A DNA stretch of 63,115 bases, counting the filler, from Thraustochytrium aureum (lineage: Eukaryota): NCBI GenBank assembly GCA_012862495.1. It is 6 parts of 3 records of this genome, joined end to end, with 100 filler letters (N's around TTAATTAATTAA, not from the genome) between each part and the next. Parts side by side here need not be neighbours in the genome. Positions count along the whole stretch, not along the records: positions 8,846 to 21,882 come from BLSG01000146.1; positions 21,983 to 50,148 come from BLSG01000146.1; 4 more parts are not named here. One strand, written 5' to 3'. The notes under the pieces were generated by a model, which ran no database searches, was not told where the DNA came from, and saw nothing but the letters and a program-made list of their open reading frames with translations. Within the stretch, counting starts at the first letter, position 1. Every line of letters starts with the position of its first letter. A program made the position numbers and the translations under genes. This document shows positions 10,592-22,983 of the stretch, one piece after another.

Positions 10592-13500
10592 TCAAGCCAA
10601 TGAAGGGCCGAACCGCGCCCCGGTGCGCTTGAGGCTCTTCTGCGACAAGCCATAGTGGTTGTAGTTTTTGATCACCGACGGCGTGACCCGCACAGGCTTG
10701 CCGCGCGTGTGGTTCGAGCCGACCTCGCCCTCCTTGATGCCGGCTCCGCAGTACAGGTCGTACGCCTGGTTAGACTTTGCGTGCAAGGTGCGCTGAAAGG
10801 CCTGGAGCTGCGGGTATTGACCAAACTTTTGCGGGCTACGTTGGTTGACGAGGCCAAAGTAGAAGAGACCCATGACGACGATCTCTTGGGCGAGCACGGA
10901 GGTGTTCGTGAGCAGTCCCTTGCGAAGCATGTAGTCGAGGAGCAGCGCGCGCCAGTCGATGCGGTAGGTGAGCGGCACGGGCGCCGCCTTGTCTTCAACG
11001 GGGCTCAACGCGGCGGCAAGCGGGGCCAAGTCCGAGCGCGACTGCGGCGCACCAACGAGCGCGATCTGCGTTCCAGCGCCTTGCTCTTCGGCCTCGAACT
11101 GCTCGCCGCGGGCGAGCGCAAGGTAGCACTTTGCAAGAGCTTGACCATGCGGCCCGCAGGCCTGCACGTGGCTCACCCACTCGGCGCAATCCAGGGTTGG
11201 TTTGGAGGCCAACACTACCGTGCCACAAAGCGGGCACATGGTTGCGGCAGCGTTGATGACGTATGCAGACATGGCTGTTTCGCTTGCGTCTTGCTCCGTC
11301 GGTGCGCTGGGGCTCGAGTTTATTGTCTGATTCCTGTCCCCGTCGAGCATTGGAATCGCTTCTCCGCCCACTGGGTCGGCTTGCGCCGCGTCGGGGCTCG
11401 CTGGAGGCGCGGGCACGGCGTCGGAAGCTGCGTCCGCCGGCTTGGGTTCGAGACCTGCTTGCGGCTTGCTGCCGCTGTTTGCGCCGCCTTCCTTGCTCTC
11501 GGTATCCTGGCAGCCGGGGTCCTTCTTGCTGTCGTTGATGTTGCTGTTGTTGTTGTGGTCTTTGGCATTCTCTGCATCAGCGGAAGCATCTGCAACTTTT
11601 GATGAGGTGGCGTTTGACGAAGCTGTCCTAGGCGCGAGGTCCTGCATGATGCGGAGGGCGCGGCCCAAGACGTCGCGGCGGCGCAAAACGAGGAAGCGCA
11701 TGGCGTCGTTGGCGACGAGCGGGTGGCCTTCCGACAGAACGAGGGCTTCCAGGTCGGCGAACGAGCAAGGAGCAACGACCGGGTCGGCGTTCGCGTACCG
11801 GCTACGGATGACGTCGAGTGTGGCCTGGGCTTGGCCTTCCTTTGGCGGCTTGATCTTGGTTGGCCTCGTGCACGCGGCGAGCTCGAGGGCCTGGGCTACG
11901 GAATTGTCTGCTGCGGCCTGCTCTTGTTTCGAGGCACCGTTGCCCGCCGCTTTGCCCGCTGCGGACCTGTCCATGGGGCCTAGGTCAGACCTGGCCGCGC
12001 CACCAGAGCTGTGAAGCCCGGGAAAGGCACCCTGTGGCTCCTCGATCGGGGACCCCTGAAAGCCATCGAGGACTGAGAGGTGGAAGGCCCCAAGGACTGG
12101 TTTGTCGCTGCTGGAGGGACCTGCCGTGCTGGTGCCAATGTAGGCGCCGAATGCTCTCGCGCAAGTGTGCCGCAGTTTTTTCTGAAATTGGCGCAGCGCG
12201 GGAAAGTCGGCGTGCGGCTCGAACGGGAGACCGAGCGCGAAAGCGCCGAGGGCCACGAGCTCCTCGCAGAGAACGCTGTTCGGGAGTAGCGCGCCCTCCC
12301 AGAGAAGCTGCGAGAGAACGAGCGCCTCCCAGGCGAGCTTGCTGGTCAGGGGCACAAGCGAACGAGAAAGTTTGCGCACGTCTTGGTCGAGTGGCGCCAT
12401 GTCGGGGCGATCCGAGATGTCAGCCCACGCGCTTGCCTGAGCGAGCGAAACCGAGAGCGGGGGCTTGTCCAACATGTTTCTGTCGATGGCTCGGAAGCGC
12501 GCCGACACCTGCTTGCCGAGCGCGCCGTGCAAGTCGAGGTGCTTGCACCAGTTCTCGTACGAGGCTAGCTTGTTGAGGGCGATGGCGCGGCCGCAGACCG
12601 GGCAGCCGAGGTGATGCAGTTAATAACGTACATGTCTGCGGGCCCGGGCAGCAAGTGCTGGACCTCGTGCAGGGTCTCGCGCATGAGCGCTCTACTGCGC
12701 AGCGTCGAGATACGGGCCGCGTTGGCGTTGACGCTGCTTGCCAGAGAGGCCTCGATTTCCGCGTACGAAGGAATAGTGCTTGTCGCGCAGACGCCCTCGA
12801 GCCGCGAGACGCGGTACGCGGTCGTGTTGCGCTTGTAACACGAGTGAATCTGGCGGAACACTTGGCTTTTCGTGTTGCTCCCCGCGCCACTCTCCACCTT
12901 TGCAGCGCCCTTTGGCTTGCGCTGCTGCTTTGTGGGGCGCTGTGCCTCCCCGTCGTCGTCTTCTTCGTCGCGGCGAGCGCCCTTGCTGCCCTTTGTCGCG
13001 TTATCTGTGAGGCCGTGGCCCACCCCGGAGACTGGGGGCATGGGGGCTTGGGTCATCTCTGCTGACCACTCCTGGCCAGGCGTGAATGGGCCAGTGCTGG
13101 TCCGCTGACGCTTTGCGCCGGTTTCTGCTTGTTGATGTTGTTGCTGCTGATACGAGCTCAGGAACGAAAACATGTTTTGGTGCGGCATGCCGCTGTGCTG
13201 CTTCCAGTGCTGTTGCTGTTGCTGCTGCTGCTGCNNNNNNNNNNNNNNNNNNNNNNNNNNNNNNNNNNNNNNNNNNNNNNNNNNNNNNNNNNNNNNNNNN
13301 NNNNNNNNNNNNNNNNNNNNNNNNNNNNNNNNNNNNNNNNNNNNNNNNNNNNNNNNNNNNNNNNNNNNNNNNNNNNNNNNNNNNNNNNNNNNNNNNNNNN
13401 NNNNNNNNNNNNNNNNNNNNNNNNNNNNNNNNNNNNNNNNNNNNNNNNNNNNNNNNNNNNNNNNNNNNNNNNNNNNGCCGCCCTGGGCCTGGCCGGTCTC

Positions 13501-13857
13501 TTGCTGCTGCTGCTGTTGGGCTGAGATCGCCTCGAGCATTTGTTTGCTGCAGTTGGGCCCCATGGGCGCAGGATCGGGTAGGAGTATCACCCCGGGAGGC
13601 AGTGGGTGGTTGAGGATTTGGGAAGGGCTTGTAGGAACAGGTCCGCTTGCACCGTGCTGTCCAGGCTGTAGGAGCATGGTGGAAAGCATGTCTGGCTTGA
13701 TCACGGCCTTTTGGCTGCTCATGTCGATCGAGATTTCAAACTGGTCGTTCTCGTTCAAGTACGAGGTGACTGTGCCAAACCATGGCCCGACCTGCACGCG
13801 CCGCCCGATGAAAGACACGCGCTGGTAGTGCAAGATTGCGGCTTGCTGTTGGTCCAT
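10592..13857 (-). CDS. Uncharacterised poly-Q, probably nuclear, protein with two copies of a CxxC zinc-finger + helical module; frameshift near 12610 and an internal N gap
   Basis: ORFs 12565-13857 and 10592-12532 join with one added C (ATC AC[C] CTC GGC TGC CCG GTC TGC), giving MYVINCITLGCPVCG..WCKHLDLH, which matches the downstream AYVINAAATMCPLCG..WVSHVQAC. Confidence 0.75.
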
Positions 13858-16021
13858 TGTGCAACGCCAGCGCTAACGCAAGCGCGTAGCGCGAAAGCCA
13901 GCCGCACCGACGAACCGTGGTCGTGGAAAGCGATTGCCCGGCGAGATACGCGGCGCCCCGACGCGAGCCCAGCTCCGCTCGCCCCGCCTCTGCCCCGCGC
14001 CGAGCCGTAGTTGCGGAAGGCGTTCACCCGGCGAGCTGCGCGGCGTCGTTGAACGGCAACTTGGTCTGCGTCCTGTTCGTTCCAAGCCGGCCAGAAGCGG
14101 CGGCGACCTCAAATTGCCGCACCCTTGGTCGTTGTTCCGCGCTCGGTAGTTGCGTCACGGCTCGCGGCGAGCGCCGCGTCCGGGGGGGCACGAGGCCGAG
14201 CCTCGCTCTGGCCCAACGAAAGGCTGGCTCGGTCGCCGGCGGGCCGTGCGTCAAGCGCCGCTGTCAACGCCCACGACTCGGCTTTGCCAGCGGCGAGAGC
14301 CACGGTCTGGTGCTGAGCCTGCTGCATCCACTCTCTTCCTTCCGCCCAAAGTAGTACGCAAAAAAAAAAAGAAAAAAAAACCAACAACAAACAACAACCG
14401 TGACAGAGAATTCTTCTTCAAGTTCTTCTGATTGCAGAATATTTGAAAAAAAATTAGTTTCCTCTCCACATCGGCAGTTTCAAGAGCGGCAGAAGGCCAT
14501 CTCCTGCTCAATGTACTCTCCCCAGAGAGACGAGGAAAAAGGAAAAGAAAAGAAATCCCCGCTCTCTAGCTCTAGAGGGCCGCCCACTCGGAAGAGCGGT
14601 CGCTCTGTGTCGAAGGGGAACCTGCAAATGTTACAAATCTGCTCTGAAGCCGCGCCGCTAACGTGTGGAGAGGAGCGTTGAGAGGGAGGGGAAGCGGCGG
14701 TTGCAGTTGGATCCTCCGCGGCTCCCTTCTCTTGACGTACGTTCTAACAGGTAAACTTGAACTCTTTTTTCAAGAACGAAGCGTATTCAAGTGGCCGGGC
14801 GCCGGCTAACTCGAAACGACTGGGATAGCCCAGTGGCGCCCGCTCAGGGAGGCAAGCAGCGGCGCGCGCCGACGCCCTCGCAGGCCGGCTGGCTCGCAGG
14901 CTCATCCCAGGGCAGAGCGCGCCAGCCCTTGAAGTCTCGTGGCTCATCAGGCTGCAGTGCTCTGCCATGGCGCTGCCGTCCCCGAGCCTCTCGTCGGACG
15001 AGAGAGAGCGTGCGTTTGTTGCAAGGGGCCGACTCGGAGCGGTCTTTCGATGCTGGAGAAATTGGCCAGTGGCAATGGCCGGCCACCACCGTGATTTGCT
15101 TCAGGCCCGGGAGTCGACGTTCATCAACGCACTGCTCCTACCCGGCCGGCCGGGCTTCCTTTCTTTCGCCCGCCGGCGACGAAGCGACNNNNNNNNNNNN
15201 NNNNNNNNNNNNNNNNNNNNNNNNNNNNNNNNNNNNNNNNNNNNNNNNNNNNNNNNNNNNNNNNNNNNNNNNNNNNNNNNNNNNNNNNNNNNNNNNNNNN
15301 NNNNNNNNNNNNNNNNNNNNNNNNNNNNNNNNNNNNNNNNNNNNNNNNNNNNNNNNNNNNNNNNCCGTGCCAGGGCCGCTGGCATGCGCGATTGAATGAC
15401 ATCATGATCGCCCCTCATCCACGCCTGCGCAGATGCAAGTGATCGCTCCTGCGCAAGATCTGCGAGTCGGTCCACTGGCATTCGGCGGCGTGCTCCCACT
15501 CGCGCTTTAGCCGCCGCGCCCCCTTTCTCCCGACAGCCCGCCGAAAGCAGGAAGGACTCCCTCGAATCGGACACAGAGCGGGCCGCCGATAAAACCCAAC
15601 CCAGTGGCCCTTTGCTCTTCCGAACAACGAGCGAAAGAACATTTCACTGCGAACAGCGTTTTGAAAGGAATTAAGGAACGTACGTAAAAAGGAATAAAAG
15701 AAGAGTCGAGGATTTTGAAAAAGAATAAAAGAAGAATCAAGGAATAAAAGAAGAGAGCATTGTTTTCGTCCCACGGAAGCGAGAGATGAGGACGAGGACA
15801 ACACGAGGACACGACAATCTTCGTCGGAAGGGAATTCTGGGACTCGAAGAGGGAGGGCCGGCCATCCACCAGAGCCCCATGCGCCATTGATCGTCACGAC
15901 GAGAATGGAGATTAGGGACCGACAAGGCTGGCCGCTGGTGGGCGGCAGGGACCATGTCGCGGCGGCACAAAAGCTGCTGCCGAGGGACGGCAAGGCGCGC
16001 GCGAGACGGCCCACAAGGACG

Positions 16022-17594
16022 ATGGCTCTCCGGGTGCTTGCCCTTGTCTTGACGTGCGGGCTTGGGTATTTGCTGCTGATGTTCGAGCTCGTCTTCGAGT
16101 CACAGACGACGGTGACGTTCACAACTATGCTGCGCACGGTTCGCTTTGCGCACGGCTGGGCGGCGCGGCCCACGCGGGACGACAACTACGACAGCGAACT
16201 GGTTGCGGGCCTTGGGGTTTGGCCGATTGCCGAGGAGCAGGCCCCTGGCGCCGCTGAATGGGCACGCGAGGCTGCTTGGGAGGACCGCAAAGGTGCGGGC
16301 GCCTACTACACCGCACAGGACGAGTTGGACAGCCACAACAGCACAGTCGCGCAAGGTGCACCAGGGAACGAAGCAGGGGACCTGGAGGTCCGCGGTCTTG
16401 GCAAGAGCGCCGCCGTGAGGCGCATTGAGGTTAGAAGAAGCCCATTTGGGCGGCGGCGCATCCAGGCCAGTCCATCCGGGCGCACTCTGTCAGCGCTGCC
16501 GCGCACGAGCCCTCGCCCATACAACAAGCTCGACAAGGGCAAAAGGTACTTGCTGTACAGCCCCTCGGGCGGCTTCACCAACCAGCTCCTGTGCTTTTTG
16601 GGCGCCGTGCACCTCGCAAAGCTGTATCGGCGCGCTCTGATCGTGCCGCCGATGGGCCTCCACACCTCCCTTGCCAAGGGATACTACCTGCTGCAACAGC
16701 ACCAAGTGGTTCCCATGGACCACGCTCTCGACTTTGGCCACATGGAGGCAGCGCTTGGGGTCGAGCTCGTGCCGCTCAACTCTACGATGAAAGCGTTCCT
16801 GAAAGCCACCTTTGGCGGCGCGCGGTCCGGCCCGCGGCTGGACATCGTGCCGTTGCCAACCCTGATCGGGGCAAGCACGAGCGAGTTTCAGCACGTGTTT
16901 GCCGCGGGCAAGCGGTCCAAGGCCCAGGTGACTTGGCTCAGGGGAAGATTTTACAACAAGCACTGGGTACGCCAGGAAGACTACCAGCATGTCCGCTACG
17001 CGCCGTACCTCCGCTCGCTGAGCTCGCTGATCGCCAAGGAGGCGCTCGGCGGTTCCTTCTCGGCCTTCCACATTCGGCTGGGCGACTACCAGACGAAAGT
17101 GCTCTCCGGCACGCCAGACGCCGCCCCGTTTCTGCAGCTCGCACGCAGGTTCGCACTTGATCCAGATCGGCCTGCCTATGTGGCAACGGACGGGCTCGGT
17201 GAACCCTTCTTCCAGCCAATCCAAGACTATTTCAACGAGACCCTGTTCCAGAACGACCTGCTGACGATCCCCGTCGTTCGGCAAGCTCTCGCCAACTTTA
17301 CCAGGATCCTGCCAAACTCGGCGATCCGCAGCGACCTCTTCGGACTCGTCGAGCAGGCTCGTTTGCGCGCGCGCGGACAACTTTGTGGGGAGTTGGTGGT
17401 CGACCTTTTCGAAGACGATTATCGAGACGCGCAAGAACGCCCCCGAGGCGCTGCCGGAGATGACACGGCCCGAACTCGGCCGCCTGGGGGTCTCTGTGGT
17501 CGTGCATTGGAACGGGCGATTCTCCTCGTTGACCCGACACTCGTTTGCTGATTCTGGTGCGGGCGCCGCCTCTTCGCCCACAGATCGCGCGTAA
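16022..17594 (+). CDS. GDP-fucose O-fucosyltransferase-family (O-FucT) type II membrane glycosyltransferase; frameshift near 17356
   Basis: N-terminal signal anchor; RYLLYSPSGGFTNQL, FSAFHIRLGDY and YVATD motifs. Removing one G restores the conserved EQLVCARADNFVGSWWSTFS. Confidence 0.85.
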
Positions 17595-17927
17595 GTGCGC
17601 ATGCCTGCTCGCCGCGCGTCACGTGCCGCCGCGTGCAATCTGCTTNNNNNNNNNNNNNNNNNNNNNNNNNNNNNNNNNNNNNNNNNNNNNNNNNNNNNNN
17701 NNNNNNNNNNNNNNNNNNNNNNNNNNNNNNNNNNNNNNNNNNNNNNNNNNNNNNNNNNNNNNNNNNNNNNNNNNNNNNNNNNNNNNNNNNNNNNNNNNNN
17801 TCCTCCTTGGTGCAAGCAGTGCCCGAACAAGCTCGAGGCGGCTCTCGCGCGCAAACTCTAGAGGACGCTTGCCGAAGCAGGTGCGGTCGCGCGGCGTTGC
17901 GAGTTCTGCAAGAGGGGGGCAGCCAGC

Positions 17928-18949
17928 ATGGCTGACACTGAATCTGGCGCCACGCCGCCGTGCTGCCCGAGCGACTCGCACGGGAGCGCCAGCGCGCCTG
18001 AGGGATATGTGAACAAGGGCAAGGAGGTCAAGCTTGGCGAGGGCGGCGAGTTGACCGCGTATGTTGTGCGGGCCAGCGAGCCCACGGACCGTGCGATTCT
18101 TGCACTGGTAAGTCCCTTGGAGGTGTCTCTTGGCCGCAAGAGCCCTGCTCGTGGGAGGCTGAGGCACGCCCTGACACGCGCGCGAGAGAGCCGCAGCACG
18201 ACATCTTTGGCCTGGACTCGGGCCGCACCAAGCAGATTTGCGACGAGTATGCCGCCAAGGGGTACAACGTTGTGATGCCCTTGTTGCTGCAAAACGAGGC
18301 CTTCGACGACGCCACACCCACGAAGGGGATCCAGGCCATCCTTCAGCTCCCAAGTAAGTCAACCCCTGCCGCGGCAGATGGCGCCCGCTCCCTGCGCTTG
18401 CGGCTCTACCGCGCCTCGCTTCGTAGCGTCGGCAGCTAACCCAGATTGCACGTGGCAGAAATGCTGCTGTGGCTCCGCAAGAACACGTGGGATGTCATCG
18501 GCCCGCTCCTGGAAGACATTACGATTCCCTACATGCAAAGCGAGCTCAAGGCGGAGCGGATCGGCATGATCTGCTTTTGTTGGGGCTGCTACCCGATGAT
18601 GCACCTGCTGGCAGCCAAGCGCCCCGAGCTCACGTGCGGAGTCGGATTCCACCCGAGCCTCCAGGTCTTCGTGGGCCTCCTCGACTTTGGACGCAACAAT
18701 CTACTCAAGTCGATTGAAACCCCCATCATGTTTCTCTCTGCGGCGTCCGATCCCTCGGATATCAAGCCCGGCGGCCTCATGGAGGGCTTTATACAGTCCA
18801 AGCCTTGCGCGGCGGACTGCGTTTTCGAGCTGTACCCGGACATGATCCACGGTTGGGTCAACCGCGGCGACCTGTCCGACGCCAAGATCAAGCGCGACTA
18901 TGAGGACGCAATTGCCCAAGCGGACGCCTTCCTCGCCACGCACGTCTAG
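17928..18949 (+). CDS. Dienelactone hydrolase-family alpha/beta hydrolase, 3 exons (17928-18107, 18197-18353, 18459-18949)
   Basis: Spliced product has [21 protein letters not shown] nucleophile, FHPS and HGWVNRG. Both introns are GTAAGT...CAG with CTGAC or CTAAC branch sites, and phases are consistent. Confidence 0.9.
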
Positions 18950-19177
18950 GCGACGTGGCAGAGATCGCGGGTTCGAGAATCCTCGAGCCCGACTTGCTGC
19001 CTCGCATGGCGCACTTGATCGCTAGGAAAAGAATCCAAACGCCCAACTGTGCTGCCTCAGGTTCGGCAGCGCCATTTCGTTCAGCAATCTGAGATCGCGC
19101 CTTCCGTCTCTTTGGGCGTACGAGAAGCGTTTGTTCCGGTTGTAACGCGCCAAAACACTTCTCCTGCCAAAACACCG

Positions 19178-19222
19178 TCCATCCATCCATCCATCCATCC
19201 ATCCATCCATCCATCCATCCAT
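19178..19222. repeat. (TCCA)n microsatellite, about 11 copies
   Basis: Direct inspection. Confidence 0.95.
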
Positions 19223-19716
19223 TGATTGGATTGCGGCTGCTCGTACTCGGGCGTAGTGCAGGTAGGTACCTAGGAGTACCCTACCTAACGCTGCACAGGA
19301 CTCAGGCCTCCTGTTCAGATTGGTTCAACCCGAGGGGGTCACTCCTCAAACTCGCAACTTGCTGTCGGCTCACATCAAGCTCGATCGAATCAAGTGTGGT
19401 TGATCGAGCACACTTGCCCATTGTCAACATGGGACTCATCAGCGGCGCCCCAAAGAGGATCCCAGCCGCGTCAGCGTGGTGCAACCTCGCCGTTCGCTTC
19501 ATTTCATTCTGATGAGTCATTTCAGCGTCGCATTTTGCAGTTCAGCTGTATGGGCGGACACAGCTCGCTTGGATCATGTTGCACGCCCAGCGCAAACCCA
19601 ACCAAGTCATCAAATCCGCAACGCCTGGGAACCAGATACAGCAGAGCGAGCAAGAACGGCGAGCGGGTGGCAAGAGCAGCAAGAGACCCGAGCGCGCGAA
19701 AGAACAGACAGCGAGA

Positions 19717-19938
19717 ATGGCGGACCAAGTCGTAGACTACTCTGGTGAGTGGCTCAACACTGCGCAAGAGGGCATGGACAGCCTCCTCAAGGCGCTCGGC
19801 GTGGGCTGGGCCAAACGCAAAGTTGGGTCGGCATCCAACTTTGGCGTGGGCTCAGCGAAAACCATCGTAAAGCAGGACGGCAACCGAGTCGACATCACCA
19901 TGACAGGCCACACAACCACCAACAACGTGCTCCAGGTC
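19717..19938 (+). CDS. Fatty-acid-binding protein (FABP/calycin)-like protein, N-terminal part; 3' end lies in a gap
   Basis: MADQVVDYSGEWLNTAQEGMDSLLKALGVGWAKRKVG..TIVKQDGNRVDIT resembles the FABP pattern F-x-G-x-W..E-N-F-D-x-x-L-K-A-L-G-V-x-x-x-x-R-K followed by QDG. Confidence 0.65.
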
Positions 19939-21605
19939 NNNNNNNNNNNNNNNNNNNNNNNNNNNNNNNNNNNNNNNNNNNNNNNNNNNNNNNNNNNNNN
20001 NNNNNNNNNNNNNNNNNNNNNNNNNNNNNNNNNNNNNNNNNNNNNNNNNNNNNNNNNNNNNNNNNNNNNNNNNNNNNNNNNNNNNNNNNNNNNNNNNNNN
20101 NNNNNNNNNNNNNNNNNNNNNNNNNNNNNNNNNNNNNNNNNNNNNNNNNNNNNNNNNNNNNNNNNNNNNNNNNNNNNNNNNNNNNNNNNNNNNNNNNNNN
20201 NNNNNNNNNNNNNNNNNNNNNNNNNNNNNNNNNNNNNNNNNNNNNNNNNNNNNNNNNNNNNNNNNNNNNNNNNNNNNNNNNNNNNNNNNNNNNNNNNNNN
20301 NNNNNNNNNNNNNNNNNNNNNNNNNNNNNNNNNNNNNNNNNNNNNNNNNNNNNNNNNNNNNNNNNNNNNNNNNNNNNNNNNNNNNNNNNNNNNNNNNNNN
20401 NNNNNNNNNNNNNNNNNNNNNNNNNNNNNNNNNNNNNNNNNNNNNNNNNNNNNNNNNNNNNNNNNNNNNNNNNNNNNNNNNNNNNNNNNNNNNNNNNNNN
20501 NNNNNNNNNNNNNNNNNNNNNNNNNNNNNNNNNNNNNNNNNNNNNNNNNNNNNNNNNNNNNNNNNNNNNNNNNNNNNNNNNNNNNNNNNNNNNNNNNNNN
20601 NNNNNNNNNNNNNNNNNNNNNNNNNNNNNNNNNNNNNNNNNNNNNNNNNNNNNNNNNNNNNNNNNNNNNNNNNNNNNNNNNNNNNNNNNNNNNNNNNNNN
20701 NNNNNNNNNNNNNNNNNNNNNNNNNNNNNNNNNNNNNNNNNNNNNNNNNNNNNNNNNNNNNNNNNNNNNNNNNNNNNNNNNNNNNNNNNNNNNNNNNNNN
20801 NNNNNNNNNNNNNNNNNNNNNNNNNNNNNNNNNNNNNNNNNNNNNNNNNNNNNNNNNNNNNNNNNNNNNNNNNNNNNNNNNNNNNNNNNNNNNNNNNNNN
20901 NNNNNNNNNNNNNNNNNNNNNNNNNNGCTTGGCCGCCTGCCAGCTTTCTCGCCTTCTCTTGCCTGCTCGACGACACATGGAGTTCGCGGGAAGACACGAG
21001 GAGCGAAACCGCCGCGGCGCGGCCTTGGAGCTCGTTTTCGAGGGTCAATGGCCCAGCTCTGACTGCGCTGTGTGCTGAGCCGACGTGCTGCTCCCTCTCA
21101 CCTCCGAGTTGACCGTGTCCCAGCCTTGCTTGGTGAAATCGGCGCCGGCGAGCGGGCGCGGGCGGCTGCTGGCAGGCAACGTGCCGTCTTGTGTGCTTCT
21201 CCGCGCCAAATGACTCCTACAAACGGCGACCAAGCAAAGGCTGGCCGCCACATCGCCGGTCCGTGCTTGGCGAGGCGACGATGGCCGTTCTCATGTTTCT
21301 TCTTTCCCCTCTGACCTGCTGAACAACAAATACACTGTGAGCATACCGGTAAAAGAGGGCGGGAGGGAGGGAGGGTGCCTGACTGACGGTCGTTCCAGCA
21401 AGAAGAGCAGGCCTGCGCCAGGTGGTCAAATACGCGTTGGCCGGCTCCCCAGTCGCCGTCACCTCCACACGGATCTCCAACGAGCTCTTCCACACGCGCG
21501 CGCCCAGCTCGTTAACTCCGTATGCCTGAACCGGCACATCGTTGTTGTCCGTGCATGCGTGCGTGCACTCACCCCGGCGCGCAAATCAGCGACCACATAA
21601 ACCGC

Positions 21606-21720
21606 ATGCTCCGCATCGCTCAGCATCGCATCGCTCCGCGTCGCTCAGCAACATCGCCTGCACCGCTCTCCATCACCGCTCTCCATCAGTCGCTCTGCGT
21701 CGCTCTGCATCGCTCTGCTG
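21606..21720. repeat. Degenerate ~10-bp tandem repeat (CGCTCTGCAT-like)
   Basis: Recurrent catcgctc, gtcgctc and accgctc units. Confidence 0.6.
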
Positions 21721-21982
21721 ACCCCTCGCAGCCTCGCAGCCGCCGCTCGCACTCGCCTCGAGGCGACCTCCGCGAGCTCCATGCCGCGCAACGGCCACCT
21801 CGAGCCCTGTCACTCGGATGCGCGCATGCCCCCTTCACGCCGCCTAACCCTATTTTCCCGGTAAATAAAAAAACACACCCGANNNNNNNNNNNNNNNNNN
21901 NNNNNNNNNNNNNNNNNNNNNNNNNNTTAATTAATTAANNNNNNNNNNNNNNNNNNNNNNNNNNNNNNNNNNNNNNNNNNNN

Positions 21983-22689
21983 GGCCTGACGGGGTGGGGC
22001 TCTGTCGCCGTGGGAGCATGCCGTCGCTCTCGCCGACGGCCCCGCCGCTGCGCGGCGCGCCGACCCGGTCTATGTCGATGGACTACCCTGGTCTGCCTGG
22101 CCCTACCTCGTTCGACTTGCCCCTCGAGGGCAGCTTTGAGGACGGGCGTAGCATGTTGGACTCGGAGGCCTCCTTTGCGAGCTCGCTGCAAGGTTCGGTG
22201 TACTCCGAGATCGATGTGCTGCCGCTTCCAGACGGCTGGAGCGAGGCGCAGGACGAGGACGGCGAGGTCTACTATTACCATGTCGTCACCTTGGAGGTTA
22301 CCTGGGACCGCCCGGACTTTGGGCCGCCACCGCCCCTCCCGCCAAAGCCGGCTAGCGCCAAGATGAAGCCCGTGCAGCAGATGCCGCAGGTGCAGCCGCA
22401 GGTGCAGCCGCAGGTGCAGCAGGAGCCCACGCAGTCGGCACGCCTGGCCGCCGGTGGGTTGCCGCCGCGGCTCCCTCCGCGCAAGCCAAGACGCAGGTCG
22501 AGCTTGGTGGGATCGGCGGACCAGCCCTGTGCTCGAGGCGACGAAAACATCGAGAACACTGCTGGGCATGTCAATGCGCTTCCACGGGTGCCCTCACGCG
22601 GAGTGTTGCGCAAGGTCCCCTCATTTCGCAAGTCGCGGCCGCCGCCTCCGGTACCGCTCTCGCGCCCTCAGCAGCAGCCGCACTTGTAG
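21983..22689 (+). CDS. WW-domain, proline-rich protein, C-terminal fragment
   Basis: LPDGWSEAQDEDGEVYYYHVVTLEVTWDRP followed by PPPLPPK and PPPVP motifs. Confidence 0.8.
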
Positions 22690-22983
22690 CAGAGTGGCCT
22701 GCTGGACCTCGCAGACCTGGCCAAGACGCTGGCTTCTGCCAAACGATACTTGCGGTCGATAGGACTGTAGAAGACCTTGACACAAGCCACCAACCAGATT
22801 CTTACTTAGTAGTGGTATCCCTGCCGACCCGCGCAACCGGCGACCCGAACGGAGCGGACCGGCAAAGAGGGCGTGGTCAGCTGACTCTGCAAGATCAAAA
22901 AATACAAAGACCCCCATCTCCAGAGCTGAAGTAGGTAGGTATCTGCCCAGATTTACACCTGGGAGGCGTTGGTGGCGCCGGGG

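Noticed and set aside
14744..15400. Short ORFs on both strands around a gap
   Set aside because: No recognisable motif, interrupted by stops, and the coding strand cannot be determined.
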